Part shown: piece after piece, positions 28,938 through 39,035 of the stretch
Numbering within the stretch: position 1 is the first letter of the stretch
How the letters are laid out: every line of letters begins with the position of its first letter
DNA from: Halorutilales archaeon Cl-col2-1
GTDB taxonomy: Archaea > Halobacteriota > Halobacteria > Halobacteriales > Afararchaeaceae
DNA length: 64,000 bases
NCBI GenBank assembly: GCA_041891055.1
Contig: CP169074.1
Location: 544,001 to 608,000, forward strand
Direction: 5' to 3'
Notes under the pieces: model-generated
Database searches by the model: none
Told to the model about the DNA's origin: nothing
The model's input: only the letters and a program-made list of their open reading frames with translations
Translations under genes and position numbers: made by a program

Positions 28938-30127
28938 AGGCGGTAGTCCTCGCCGCGGGTGAGGGAACACGTATGCGCCCGGTCACACGGACGCGTCCGA
29001 AGCCGATGGTGCCCGTCGGAGGCAAGCCCCTTCTCGAAGAAGTCTTAGACGCGTGTTCGGAGTACGTCGACGGCTTCGTAATAGTCGTCGGATACGGCTC
29101 CGAAGACGTGAAGGAGTACTTCGGCGATGAGTACGATGGGAAGCCAGTCGAGTACGCCGTACAGGACGAGCAAGAAGGCACCGCCCACGCGATAGGCACG
29201 GCGGAGCCCTACGTCGACGAGAGGTTTATAGGACTCAACGGGGACGTTGTAGTCTTCCCCGAACTCGTCGAGAGACTCGTCGAGCACGAATCCGCGGTCA
29301 CGGTCAGAAGAGTCGAAAACCCGACGGAGTACGGCGTCGTGGGAGTCGAAGACGGTGAGGTCTCCTCTGTCGTCGAGAAGCCCGACGACCCGCCGTCGAA
29401 CCTCGCCAACCTCGGTCTATACGTCTTCAAACCCGACGTCTTCGACTACATACGTGAGACGCCCAAGAGCGAGAGAGGAGAGTACGAGATCACTGACAGT
29501 ATACGTGCGATGGTAGATGACGGCTTCAGTTTCGACGTCGTCGAACACGACGGCGTCTGGCTCGACGTCGGACGTCCGTGGGAGATACTCGAAGCCAACA
29601 CCGAGATCCTGTCACGTAACGACACTTCGGTAGACGGCGATGTCGAGGACGGCGTCGTAGTAGGCGACGGAAAGGTCGTCGTCGAGGAGGGCGCTAAGAT
29701 CAAGTCGGGGACACGTATCGAGGGCGACGTAGTCGTGAAGTCGGGTGCAGTCGTAGGACCCAACGCATACGTGAGGGGCTCGACGACAGTAGGAGAGAAC
29801 GCCAAGGTCGGAAGCTCCGTAGAGGTCAAGAACTCCGTACTCATGGAGGGCGCGACAGCAGGACATCTGTCGTACGTCGGCGACTCAGTCCTCGGAGAGG
29901 ACGTCAACTTAGGCGCGGGTAGTATGGTCGCAAATCTGAGACACGACGGCGAGAACGTCAGAATGAACGTCAAGGGTGAGTCTCTCGACACAGGCAGGCG
30001 TAAGCTAGGCGTCGTCCTAGGAGACGGGGTCAAGACTGGAATCAATACGAGTCTCAACGCCGGAGTCAAGATGGCACCGAAGGAAACATCCAAGCCTGGG
30101 GAGACAGTAATGGAGGACAGAGTATGA
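28934..30127 (+). CDS. glmU: Bifunctional sugar-1-phosphate nucleotidylyltransferase/acetyltransferase (archaeal GlmU)
   Basis: LAAGEGTRMRP..RPKPM, hexapeptide repeats, HLSYVGDS, ANLRHD, GRRKLG. Confidence 0.87.
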   Translation: MKAVVLAAGEGTRMRPVTRTRPKPMVPVGGKPLLEEVLDACSEYVDGFVIVVGYGSEDVKEYFGDEYDGKPVEYAVQDEQEGTAHAIGTAEPYVDERFIGLNGDVVVFPELVERLVEHESAVTVRRVENPTEYGVVGVEDGEVSSVVEKPDDPPSNLANLGLYVFKPDVFDYIRETPKSERGEYEITDSIRAMVDDGFSFDVVEHDGVWLDVGRPWEILEANTEILSRNDTSVDGDVEDGVVVGDGKVVVEEGAKIKSGTRIEGDVVVKSGAVVGPNAYVRGSTTVGENAKVGSSVEVKNSVLMEGATAGHLSYVGDSVLGEDVNLGAGSMVANLRHDGENVRMNVKGESLDTGRRKLGVVLGDGVKTGINTSLNAGVKMAPKETSKPGETVMEDRV

Positions 30128-31284
30128 AAGCCGTAATCCTCGCCGCGGGGGAAGGTAGACGTCTCAAGCCTCTCACGAACCTGCGCCCAAAGCCGATGAT
30201 ACCCGTCGCCAACAAGCCCCTTCTCGAACACGTCGTCGAGGCGGTCGCCGGGGCGGGTATCGATGAGATTGTGATAGTCGTCGGATACAAACGTGAGAGG
30301 ATACAGAGCTACTTCGGAGACGGAAACGACTGGGACGTCTCAGTCGAGTACGCCGTACAGGAGAGACAGCTAGGTACGGGACACGCAGTTCTACAGGCTG
30401 AGGAGTACGTCGACGGCGACTTCGTCGTACTCAACGGAGACAGGATGATAGAGTCGGACGTCGTAGAGAGTATCGTAGACGAACACAGGGACGGAGACGG
30501 CACTGTGGTCGCAGTCACACGCGCCGACGAGCCGAGTGACTACGGAGTCGTAGAAACCGAAGGAGACGAGGTCGTTAGCATAACTGAGAAGCCACCCGAG
30601 TACGAGACACAGACAGACGTGATAAACGCAGGAGTCTACGGATTCGACGTCTCTGTCTTCGGCGAGATACGTGATACTCCGACGGGTGCCGACGGAGAGG
30701 TATCTATAACCTCGACACTCAGCCGTCTGATAGACCGGAGTCAGAGAGTCAGGGCGGTGAGATCGGAGATGTGGATAGACGTCTCGTACCTCTGGGATCT
30801 CATACAGGTCAACTCGGACGCGATAGACAGAGGGTACGAGGGGATCGGTGACAGCCGTGTCGACGGGGAGGTAGTCGGATCGGTCTGTGTCGGCGACGAC
30901 TGCCGTGTCGGACACAACGCCACAGTTATGCGGGGAACGTCTCTCGGGGACAACGTACGTGTCGGAGCGAACGCTGTCGTATCTAACTCCGTCGTGCTCG
31001 AAGACGCCTACATAGGAGAAGGTGCGGTCGTCAAGGACGCCGTCGTGGGTGCTAACGCCGTTATAGAGCCCAACAGTACCGTCGCAGGCGGTAAATCCGA
31101 CGTTGTCGTCGAGAACGAGGTACACGAGGACGTCCGTCTCGGCGGTGTCATAGGCGACAACTCACGTATAGGCGGCGGAGCGATAGTCGAAGCAGGTACG
31201 GTAATCGGAGACGGGACGACAGCCGAGGAAGGTGTTAGACTCTCGGGAGAAGTACCGTCGAACTCAGAGGTGAGGAGGGGATAG
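30124..31284 (+). CDS. Sugar-phosphate nucleotidyltransferase with hexapeptide repeats (GlmU paralog)
   Basis: LAAGEGRRLKPLT..RPKPM, EKP, left-handed beta-helix repeats. Confidence 0.87.
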   Translation: MKAVILAAGEGRRLKPLTNLRPKPMIPVANKPLLEHVVEAVAGAGIDEIVIVVGYKRERIQSYFGDGNDWDVSVEYAVQERQLGTGHAVLQAEEYVDGDFVVLNGDRMIESDVVESIVDEHRDGDGTVVAVTRADEPSDYGVVETEGDEVVSITEKPPEYETQTDVINAGVYGFDVSVFGEIRDTPTGADGEVSITSTLSRLIDRSQRVRAVRSEMWIDVSYLWDLIQVNSDAIDRGYEGIGDSRVDGEVVGSVCVGDDCRVGHNATVMRGTSLGDNVRVGANAVVSNSVVLEDAYIGEGAVVKDAVVGANAVIEPNSTVAGGKSDVVVENEVHEDVRLGGVIGDNSRIGGGAIVEAGTVIGDGTTAEEGVRLSGEVPSNSEVRRG

Positions 31285-31285
31285 T

Positions 31286-33109
31286 ATGTGTGGGATAGTG
31301 GGATACACGAGCGACGACGGCTCCGAGGCTCTCGAAGTCCTCGTCAACGGACTCCGGAACCTCGACTACAGGGGATACGACTCGGCGGGTGTCGCGCTCT
31401 CGTCCGACAGTCTCGATGTCTACAAGAAAAAGGGCAAGATAGACCGTCTCGAAGAGGTACTACCCGAAACCGGGGAAGCCAAGACAGGTACAGGTATTGG
31501 ACACACCCGGTGGTCGACCCACGGAGAGCCCACAGACGAGAACGCACATCCGCACACCGACTGTACGGGTGAGATAGGCGTCGTTCATAACGGCATAATC
31601 GACAACTTCGACGACCTGAAACACGAACTCGCGAGCCACGAATTCAGTAGCGATACCGACACAGAGGTCATACCACATCTCATCGGAGAAGAGATCGACG
31701 CCGGCGCGGAGTTCTTCGAGGCATTCCGGAAGACGGTCGGGAGAATAGAGGGAAGCTACGCTGTCGCAGCAGTCTCCTCGTCGAACGACGAGATCGCGGT
31801 CGCACGTCAGGACAGCCCTCTGATACTCGGTTACGGAGACGACGAGAACTACGTCGGAAGCGACGTCACGGCTTTCATAGATTACACTGACGAAGTCACC
31901 TACCTCGAAAACGGTGACGTCGCCCTCGTAACACCCGACGGCGTCGAGATATACGACTCCGAGAGAGGTGAGAGGGTCGAACGTGAGGTCGAGACAGTCG
32001 ACTGGGAGCCCGAGGCTGCCGAGAAAGGCGGATACGACCATTACATGCTCAAGGAGATACACGAACAGCCACAGTCGCTCCGCCAGACCCTCTCGGGACG
32101 TATAGACGAGATAGAGGGAGAGGCGAACCTCGACGTGTCGCTTCCCGACGAGTACCTCAACTCAGTTGAGGAGATACAGGTAGTCGGCGCAGGAACGTCG
32201 TACCACGCCTGTCTCGTTGCCGAGGAGCTCATGGAGGAGTACGCAGACGTACGTGTGACTGCGGAGTACTCCCACGAGTACGACTTCGACGGGGGACGTG
32301 ACCCGTGGCGGACACTCGTGGTCGCGGTGACACAGAGCGGTGAGACAGCCGACACCCTCTCGGCTCTCAAGAGGGCGAAGAGGAGCGGGGCTAAGACACT
32401 TGCTGTCACAAACACCGTAGGAAGCACAGTGACGCGTGAGGCTAACGAAACCCTCTACATACGTGCAGGACCCGAGATAGGCGTCGCGGCGACCAAGACA
32501 TTCGTCTCACAGGTTGCCACACTCGGTCTCCTCACCGTCTACGTCGGACGAAAACGGGGCGCGTTGGGATCCGAGACAGCCTCGGAGATACTCGAAGACA
32601 TACGGAGTCTCCCGGGTGGTGTACAGCAGGTTCTCGACAACGAGGAGAAGGTCAGACAAGTCGCCGAGGAGTACGCCGACTCGGACGCCTTCTTCTACAT
32701 CGGTAGAAAGCTGGGGCATCCCGTCTCACTCGAAGGCGCTCTCAAGCTCAAGGAAATATCGTACGACCACGCCGAGGGATTCCCTGCCGGGGAGCTAAAG
32801 CACGGTCCTCTCGCTCTCGTGACTTCGGAGACAGCCGTAGTCGCAGTCCTGACCCAAGCCACGAGACCCGGAGAGACACTCAACAACGTCAAGGAGGTCA
32901 AGTCGAGGGAAGCACCCGTTATAGGTGTCTCGTCAGTCGACAGAGCCGGGAGGTACGCCGACGACGTCCTCGAAGTCCCCGATGCGGGTGCAATGGAGCC
33001 GGTCTTAGCCAACGTCTATCTCCAGCTTCTCGCCTACCACGTCGCCGATCTCAAAGGCAGGAATATAGACAAGCCGAGAAACCTCGCTAAGAGTGTGACA
33101 GTTGAGTGA
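31286..33109 (+). CDS. glmS: Glutamine--fructose-6-phosphate transaminase
   Basis: MCGIVG, YRGYDSAG, GHTRWSTHG, QSGETADT, ELKHGP, PRNLAKSVTVE. Confidence 0.97.
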   Translation: MCGIVGYTSDDGSEALEVLVNGLRNLDYRGYDSAGVALSSDSLDVYKKKGKIDRLEEVLPETGEAKTGTGIGHTRWSTHGEPTDENAHPHTDCTGEIGVVHNGIIDNFDDLKHELASHEFSSDTDTEVIPHLIGEEIDAGAEFFEAFRKTVGRIEGSYAVAAVSSSNDEIAVARQDSPLILGYGDDENYVGSDVTAFIDYTDEVTYLENGDVALVTPDGVEIYDSERGERVEREVETVDWEPEAAEKGGYDHYMLKEIHEQPQSLRQTLSGRIDEIEGEANLDVSLPDEYLNSVEEIQVVGAGTSYHACLVAEELMEEYADVRVTAEYSHEYDFDGGRDPWRTLVVAVTQSGETADTLSALKRAKRSGAKTLAVTNTVGSTVTREANETLYIRAGPEIGVAATKTFVSQVATLGLLTVYVGRKRGALGSETASEILEDIRSLPGGVQQVLDNEEKVRQVAEEYADSDAFFYIGRKLGHPVSLEGALKLKEISYDHAEGFPAGELKHGPLALVTSETAVVAVLTQATRPGETLNNVKEVKSREAPVIGVSSVDRAGRYADDVLEVPDAGAMEPVLANVYLQLLAYHVADLKGRNIDKPRNLAKSVTVE

Positions 33110-33165
33110 TTTCTCTTTCTTGAGAGAAGGCGGGGAATCGGCGACAGACTTATTCACTCTGTATT

Positions 33166-33177
33166 TGTACATGTACA
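33166..33177. promoter_or_regulatory. Perfect palindrome TGTACATGTACA, probable vapBC operator
   Basis: Lies 4 bp before the vapB ATG; TA operons typically autoregulate via palindromes. Confidence 0.45.
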
Positions 33178-33181
33178 CGTA

Positions 33182-33409
33182 ATGGCATCGAAGACAATAT
33201 CGATAAGGGAGAAGGCATACGAGAGACTCAAGAAACGAAAAGAGGACGACGAGAGCTTCAGCGACGTGATTCTCAAGCTCACGGAAGACGACCCCAATGA
33301 CTTCTCCGATCTCATAGGTACTGGGATAGATGCCACGTGGGATAGTCTCAAAGAAGAAAGAGAGAGATCTGACGAGGACGAGAGGAGAGAGGAGAAGCTT
33401 GGTTTATGA
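33182..33409 (+). CDS. vapB: Antitoxin VapB (DUF217-like)
   Basis: MASKTISIREKAYERLKKRKEDDESFSDVILKL; overlaps the PIN gene. Confidence 0.85.
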   Translation: MASKTISIREKAYERLKKRKEDDESFSDVILKLTEDDPNDFSDLIGTGIDATWDSLKEERERSDEDERREEKLGL

Positions 33410-33789
33410 CTTCGGAGTCTAACGACGAGTATCTTCTCGACACGAGCTTTCTCATAGATCTCCTCAACGGTCATCCCGACGCTGTAGAACTCCACGAGAC
33501 GATACGAGGCTCCGAGTCGACATCCACAGTCTGTGTCTACGAACTCACAAAGTTCGAGGGATTCAGCTCAGACTGTCTCGACGGCAAGTCAGTCCTTCGT
33601 CTTACGTTGGGTGACGTTAGATCCTCAGGTAGTATATACAGAAGCCTCAAGGAAGACGGTGAGAAGATAGGGGAGACTGATACTCTGATAGGCGGTGTAG
33701 CCAGAAGCCGCGGTATGTGTCTCGTTACTAGAGACAGAGACTTCGAGAAGATAGATAGCCTCGAAACGGAGTACTATTCATCTGGCTGA
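33406..33789 (+). CDS. vapC: PIN-domain toxin VapC
   Basis: LLDTSFLIDL, VYEL, DTLIGG, LVTRDRDF. Confidence 0.88.
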   Translation: MTSESNDEYLLDTSFLIDLLNGHPDAVELHETIRGSESTSTVCVYELTKFEGFSSDCLDGKSVLRLTLGDVRSSGSIYRSLKEDGEKIGETDTLIGGVARSRGMCLVTRDRDFEKIDSLETEYYSSG

Positions 33790-33843
33790 GATGCAAAAAT
33801 AGTAAGGTAACCTTTTTGCTCCCACCGGTTACTACACATAACC

Positions 33844-34272
33844 ATGTCAGAAGACTGCATATTCTGTAAGATAATAGACGGAGAGCTACCGTCACGTAAG
33901 GTATACGAGGACGACAAAGTGCTCTCGTTCCTCGATGTCAATCCCCTGTCACGCGGACACACACTCGTGATACCTAAGAACCACTCCGAGACTCTCGAAG
34001 ACCTCGACGATGAGTACTCGGAGGCGGTCTTCAGTGCGGTGAGAGACCTCGTCGAGCCCGTCACAGAAGCTGTCGACGCCGACGCCGCGAACGTCGGAAT
34101 AAACAACGGAGAGGCAGCGGGACAGGAGGTTCCGCATCTTCACGCTCATATAGTCCCACGTTTCGAGGGTGACGGAGGTGGTCCGATACACAACATACTA
34201 CCCTCTACGGTCGAACTCGAGGACGACGAGATGGACGAGATTGCTGAGTCTATCTCGGGGAACGTAGAGTAG
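33844..34272 (+). CDS. HIT family hydrolase
   Basis: DCIFCKI and VPHLHAHIVPR histidine triad. Confidence 0.93.
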   Translation: MSEDCIFCKIIDGELPSRKVYEDDKVLSFLDVNPLSRGHTLVIPKNHSETLEDLDDEYSEAVFSAVRDLVEPVTEAVDADAANVGINNGEAAGQEVPHLHAHIVPRFEGDGGGPIHNILPSTVELEDDEMDEIAESISGNVE

Positions 34273-34277
34273 ATCAG

Positions 34278-34889
34278 ATGGGAGCCATACGAAAAGGAGT
34301 AGTAACTGTTGTCGTCCTCGCTGCCGTCGTAGTCGGAGGAGCAGTAGGATCAGGATACGTCCTAGTCGGTGATCCAGCAGGTGCCGTCTCACAGTTAGCC
34401 ACGGGCGACGTTGAGGCTCCCGATATCGGCGTGGTCACCGAGTCGGTGGGTCCCGTGGACGTCCCTCGGATGAGAATTACCGAGATATCCACATCCGCTG
34501 TGACACTCGACATTCCGTTCTACGTCAACAACTCGGCGAACGAGATAGGCGGCTCCGTGAAGTCAGTCGACTACGATGTCTACTGGGCGGACGACGAGGA
34601 CGGCGAGTACAGCCGTCTCGGAGACGGAAGCTTCGAGGACGTGAGAGTCCCGCCTTCGGATACGGTGACACAGAGGACGGAGTTCGAGGCTCAGAACGAC
34701 GAGAGCGCGAAGCTCGCAGGGACTTTAGCCGTCGACGGCGACGTCTTCGTGAGGATCGAGGGCACCGCGGAGATAGAGTTGGGACCCTTCACAGCCTCGA
34801 AGGATATTCCGAAGCAGACGACGAGAATCAAGAGGAGCGACGTCGTAGGCGGTATGCCCGACCTGCCTGTGTCAGATATGGGGATCTGA
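34278..34889 (+). CDS. Membrane-anchored LEA type 2/WHy-like protein
   Basis: N-terminal TM helix, beta-rich domain with VNN...VDYDV..LGDG...VPP pattern. Confidence 0.6.
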   Translation: MGAIRKGVVTVVVLAAVVVGGAVGSGYVLVGDPAGAVSQLATGDVEAPDIGVVTESVGPVDVPRMRITEISTSAVTLDIPFYVNNSANEIGGSVKSVDYDVYWADDEDGEYSRLGDGSFEDVRVPPSDTVTQRTEFEAQNDESAKLAGTLAVDGDVFVRIEGTAEIELGPFTASKDIPKQTTRIKRSDVVGGMPDLPVSDMGI

Positions 34890-34984
34890 GCCCGTACTTT
34901 TCCCGTCGGTCGGCATCTCCATTAAAAACAGCGACTACAAGGGGACAGACAGCCTCTCGAGTCCAATCCACATTCCAGCAGAGC

Positions 34985-36421
34985 ATGAAAGACATCGGTG
35001 ACACCGAGTTCGGCGTACAGGTAGGAATAGGATTCCTCGGCAAGTTAGTCACAGCAGTCCTCGGACTCGTGGGTTCGATAGTCGTAGCACGTGTCGTAGG
35101 ACCGTCGGGCTACGGAGTCTTCTACATATCGATGTCGATCAGCCAGTTCCTCGAAAACCCCGTGACAGGATGGGCGACGGCGTGTAAGAAACGGATGACT
35201 GAGCCCGACTTCGACGGCTCGGAGGCTCTCGGCTCGGTTCTGATAGCCGTCGGGGTCTTAGCAGTAGTCGGAGCGCCGGCGTCTTATGTTCTCCTAAGTC
35301 TGATGACTCAGAACCCGGTTATTCCGGTCGCTGTGCCTCTTCTCTTCACCGCGACCTCGTCGTACTGGGCGCTCAACACGTTTCTCTCGGGGAGAAAGAA
35401 CTTCTCGCTGTCAGTCTGGAGCGGGTCTTTGAGCACTCTGATACAGATCGTAGGAAAGATACTCCTCGTTCTCCTCGGACTCGGGGTCTGGGGAATGGTC
35501 GGAGGAACCGTAATCGGTCCCGTCCTCGTCCTTCCGGTTCTCGTACGCTGGGTCGGTGTGCGTCCCTCGGTACCGTCGTGGAACTCGATCCGGTCGATCG
35601 CCGAGTACGCCAGATGGTCGATACCGAGCGGATTCGTCGGAACTGCACTCTCTCGGATGGACACAGTCCTCCTCGGCTGGCTCGCCACGGCGTCTGTGGC
35701 GGGAAAGTACCAGGTCGGACTCAAGATCACTATGCCCGCAGTCTTCATCTCTAGCGTGATCGGCACGGGACTTATGGGACGTGTCTCGAACCTCGAATCG
35801 CGCGACGAAGACTGGAAGGACGACCTCTGGAACTCGCTGTCGTACGGCAGTCTCCTCAGCGTACCCATCTTCTTCGGAAGCCTCGTGATAGGTGAGGAGC
35901 TCGCAGTCACAGTCTTCAGCGGCGAGTACTCCGGCGCGGGTGTCTTCGTCGTCGGGCTCGCACTCCACCGTCTCATCAAGACCCAGACCTCGTCGTTCAG
36001 GTCGATTATAACGGGATTAGACCGACCCGACATAGGCTTCAGAATATCCGTAGTCTCGTTCGTTCTCAACGTCGTACTCGGCGTGGGTCTCTGGTTCGTG
36101 GTCGGAGCTTCGGGTATAGTCATAGCTACTGCGGTCACGTCAGGCGTCACCTACCTTCTGACGGTCAGACAAGTACGTCAGATTACAGACACCGACTTCG
36201 TCGTGACAGCTCCCTTCCTCAAGCAACTGGTCTCAGGAGCCGTGATGGCTGTCATAGTCTACGGCACGAAGGAAGTATTCGGAGTATCGAGCTGGATCGA
36301 TGTCGTCGGTTACCTCGTCGTCGGCGGAGTCGTCTATGGCGGCTTGGAGCTCGTCGTGAGTCACCATCTCCGGTCTACGGCTCGCGGGATCTGGGAAGAC
36401 TTCCGGTCTGAGTATGTGTAA
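34985..36421 (+). CDS. Oligosaccharide flippase / polysaccharide biosynthesis protein (MOP/Wzx-like)
   Basis: Many TM segments, ARVVGPSGYG, RMDTVLLG..AGKY, GLDRPD. Confidence 0.85.
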   Translation: MKDIGDTEFGVQVGIGFLGKLVTAVLGLVGSIVVARVVGPSGYGVFYISMSISQFLENPVTGWATACKKRMTEPDFDGSEALGSVLIAVGVLAVVGAPASYVLLSLMTQNPVIPVAVPLLFTATSSYWALNTFLSGRKNFSLSVWSGSLSTLIQIVGKILLVLLGLGVWGMVGGTVIGPVLVLPVLVRWVGVRPSVPSWNSIRSIAEYARWSIPSGFVGTALSRMDTVLLGWLATASVAGKYQVGLKITMPAVFISSVIGTGLMGRVSNLESRDEDWKDDLWNSLSYGSLLSVPIFFGSLVIGEELAVTVFSGEYSGAGVFVVGLALHRLIKTQTSSFRSIITGLDRPDIGFRISVVSFVLNVVLGVGLWFVVGASGIVIATAVTSGVTYLLTVRQVRQITDTDFVVTAPFLKQLVSGAVMAVIVYGTKEVFGVSSWIDVVGYLVVGGVVYGGLELVVSHHLRSTARGIWEDFRSEYV

Positions 36422-36495
36422 AGATGTCACAACCGAAACTCAGTTCAAGTACTCTACCCCGAGAAGTGTTTTGTGTCTGTGTATACAAACACATC

Positions 36496-36550
36496 ATGAT
36501 GCCGACTAAGACGATAGGTGTCAGAGAAGAGGTCTACGAGCGTCTCGTCT
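36496..36550 (+). pseudogene. 5' remnant of a second vapB-type antitoxin (MMPTKTIGVREEVYERL)
   Basis: Resembles the VapB N-terminus at 33182; preceded by a TGTATACA-centred imperfect palindrome (36472-36493); similarity stops where the convergent gene begins. Confidence 0.6.
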
Positions 36551-37007
36551 CTGAGAAACTTCCTCCAGAGACCGAGGCGTGGGCTTCACGTACGGTTTCG
36601 AGGAACTCCTCTGTCTTCTCCTCGGAGTAGACGAGATGTGAGTCACATTCGGAGTCAGACGCTCCGAAGGAACCGATCCTCTCGCCTTCGATACGTCGGC
36701 TTATCTCACACTCCTCTTCGACTCCCGGGGACTTGACGACCTCGACGATACTCGTCCTCGCGTCGCCGTTGAGGTAGTCTATGTGCCATCTCCTCGTGTC
36801 GTTTTCGCCCTCAGAGACGTCCCTGTGTCTCTCCACACGGCTGAAACCACCTCTTCCTAGCGCGCTGCCTGTGTAGGCGTAGAGTCCCGACTCGAACTCT
36901 ATCTCGCCGAGTGCTCCTACCTCTATAGCCGTGTCGTCTTCGAGACGGAGAACGAGAGTATAGATGCCGCCTTGTGTGTCGTCCTTCGGACTCATATACT
37001 CAGACAA
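36534..37007 (-). CDS. GIY-YIG/Uri-superfamily nuclease (DUF123)
   Basis: GIYTLVL, GLYAYTGSA, RVERH, WHIDYL, FGASD..CDSHL. Confidence 0.85.
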   Translation of the reverse strand: MSEYMSPKDDTQGGIYTLVLRLEDDTAIEVGALGEIEFESGLYAYTGSALGRGGFSRVERHRDVSEGENDTRRWHIDYLNGDARTSIVEVVKSPGVEEECEISRRIEGERIGSFGASDSECDSHLVYSEEKTEEFLETVREAHASVSGGSFSETRRS

Positions 37008-37569
37008 GACTCGCGGCGACGTGTATCTTGCCTTCGACGTCTGTGTGACTCGGGTCGGAGTGTCCGGGATATAGATATTCGACTTCGAGAGTCTTGAGAC
37101 GTTCGAGCGATCTTCTAAGCTGTTCGGAGTCGCCCCCCGGCATGTCGGTACGTCCCGGACTTCCGTTTCCGAAGACGACGTCGCCCGCGAAGAGAGTCTT
37201 TTCGTCCTCAGAGTAGTACGAGACGCTTCCGGGTGAGTGTCCGGGTGTGTGGAGAACTTCGAAGGCGTACTCGCCGAAGTAGACTGTGTCGCCGTCGTTG
37301 ACGAAGCAGGGATTGAGACGCGCGTACTCGTCGTCTTCAGCGAGAGTGTCCCACGCCTTCGGATGTATGTAGAACTCCGCGTCGGTCTCGTCGACGTACT
37401 CGGGAAGACAGCCTACGTGGTCGGCGTGGGCGTGTGTTATGTAGACCTCGTCAGAGTCGGGAAGAGCCGATAAGTCGGTTCCGACGTCAACTAAGACACC
37501 GTCGACTGAGTAGACGTTAGAAGACGTCGAGGGCGTGGGTATCCTCTCGACCCCGTCCTCTATCCTCAT
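37000..37569 (-). CDS. MBL-fold metallo-hydrolase
   Basis: THAHADH, TPGHSPG, GD, PGH. Confidence 0.9.
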   Translation of the reverse strand: MRIEDGVERIPTPSTSSNVYSVDGVLVDVGTDLSALPDSDEVYITHAHADHVGCLPEYVDETDAEFYIHPKAWDTLAEDDEYARLNPCFVNDGDTVYFGEYAFEVLHTPGHSPGSVSYYSEDEKTLFAGDVVFGNGSPGRTDMPGGDSEQLRRSLERLKTLEVEYLYPGHSDPSHTDVEGKIHVAASLV

Positions 37570-39035
37570 ACCGACAGAAGCTGGCTAGCGGCGTCTGTCG
37601 CGGTCTGTAGAACCGGCTCGAAGCCGAACATCAGGGCGAATGTAGCCGCGGCGGCGAATATTATGGCGGCGTAGATGCCGAGAGGCTTCTTAGTTATGTC
37701 GGGCGACTCACTCGACGAGTCCTCGACCCACATATACCTGAGAACTCTCGTGTAGTAGTAGAGGCTGAGTGCCGAATTTACCGAGCCCACAAGTGCGAGC
37801 CACCAGTATCCCGACTCGACAGCACTCGCGAAGACCGCGAGCTTAGAGACGAATCCGGCTCCCGTCGGAAGACCCGCGAGCGAGAACATGAATATCGCCA
37901 TCGCGACTCCTATAACGGGAACCTGTCTTCCGACTCCCGCGTAGTCCTCGAACTCATATCCGAATCCCCAGTAGTCGTCGACGAGTCCTACGACTAGGAA
38001 GGCTCCCGTGTTCATAAGACCGTAGACGAAGAGATGACTCATCGCGGCTCCGAGTGCGAACGCCTGGTCACCTGACGACGAGAAGACGGCGAGTGCTATC
38101 AGAGCGTAGCCGGCGTGTCCTATCGACGAGTAGGCGAGCATCCTCTTGACGCTCGACTGTGCCGCGGCGGCGAAGTTACCGAATGTCATCGTCACGACTG
38201 CGAGTATCTGGACAGCGAGCACCCAGTCGACGCGTGTCGGGAACGCGACTGTGAAGACACGGAAGAGGACGACGAAGCCCGCTATCTTAGACGCACTCGA
38301 TATGAAGCCCGCTATCGGAGTCGGTGCTCCAGTGTAGGCGTCGGGTGCCCAGACCTGGAAAGGTACTGCGGCTACCTTGAACGCGAATCCTGCGAGTATG
38401 AAGAGGGCTCCGACGCCGACAAGTGCGACGGGAGACTCCATCGTACCGAGTTCAAAGAGGTCGAAGGTTCCTGTGACTCCGTAGACGAGCGAGATTCCGT
38501 AGAGGAGTATAGAGCTCGAAAGACCTCCGAGTATGAGGTACTTCATAGCACCCTCGATACTCGCCTTCTTCTTCTTCGTGAATCCCACGAGTGCGTACGA
38601 CGCGAGCGATGTCATCTCAAGCGATATGAAGGCAGTCACGAGAGAACGTGAGCTACCCATCAGCATCATTCCGAGTGTCGCGAGTAGTACGAGGACGACG
38701 TACTCTGTCGTGTTGTTCTTCGTCTCGGGGGCGAACTCGCTCAGGTACTCGAAGCTCGCTACGATCACAAGAGCCGAGACTATCAGGACGGCTAAGTTGA
38801 AGAAGAGCGAGAACTCGTCGACTATCAGCATACCCGCGACGGCGTCGGCTCTCACTCCGCTCCCGTAGACGTAGAGACTGAGTCCGAAGCCTCCCGTGAC
38901 TCCTAAGAATCCGAGGACTCCCGCGATACGTCCGTGTTTCGACTGTGTGAAAGTGTCGACGAGGAGTATGAGAAGCGCAACACCTCCCACAGAGAGTTCG
39001 GGCGACACGGCTTCGAGGCTTACCACGTCGACCAC
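37566..39035 (-). CDS. nuoN: NADH-quinone oxidoreductase-like subunit N
   Basis: EGAMKY, FKVAAVPFQVWAPDAY.GAPTP, KRMLAYSSIGHAGY. Confidence 0.93.
   Translation of the reverse strand: MVDVVSLEAVSPELSVGGVALLILLVDTFTQSKHGRIAGVLGFLGVTGGFGLSLYVYGSGVRADAVAGMLIVDEFSLFFNLAVLIVSALVIVASFEYLSEFAPETKNNTTEYVVLVLLATLGMMLMGSSRSLVTAFISLEMTSLASYALVGFTKKKKASIEGAMKYLILGGLSSSILLYGISLVYGVTGTFDLFELGTMESPVALVGVGALFILAGFAFKVAAVPFQVWAPDAYTGAPTPIAGFISSASKIAGFVVLFRVFTVAFPTRVDWVLAVQILAVVTMTFGNFAAAAQSSVKRMLAYSSIGHAGYALIALAVFSSSGDQAFALGAAMSHLFVYGLMNTGAFLVVGLVDDYWGFGYEFEDYAGVGRQVPVIGVAMAIFMFSLAGLPTGAGFVSKLAVFASAVESGYWWLALVGSVNSALSLYYYTRVLRYMWVEDSSSESPDITKKPLGIYAAIIFAAAATFALMFGFEPVLQTATDAASQLLSV

Noticed and set aside
28934-31284. 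Tandem GlmU-like paralogs as a novelty
   Set aside because: Paired nucleotidyltransferases next to glmS are a common archaeal arrangement.
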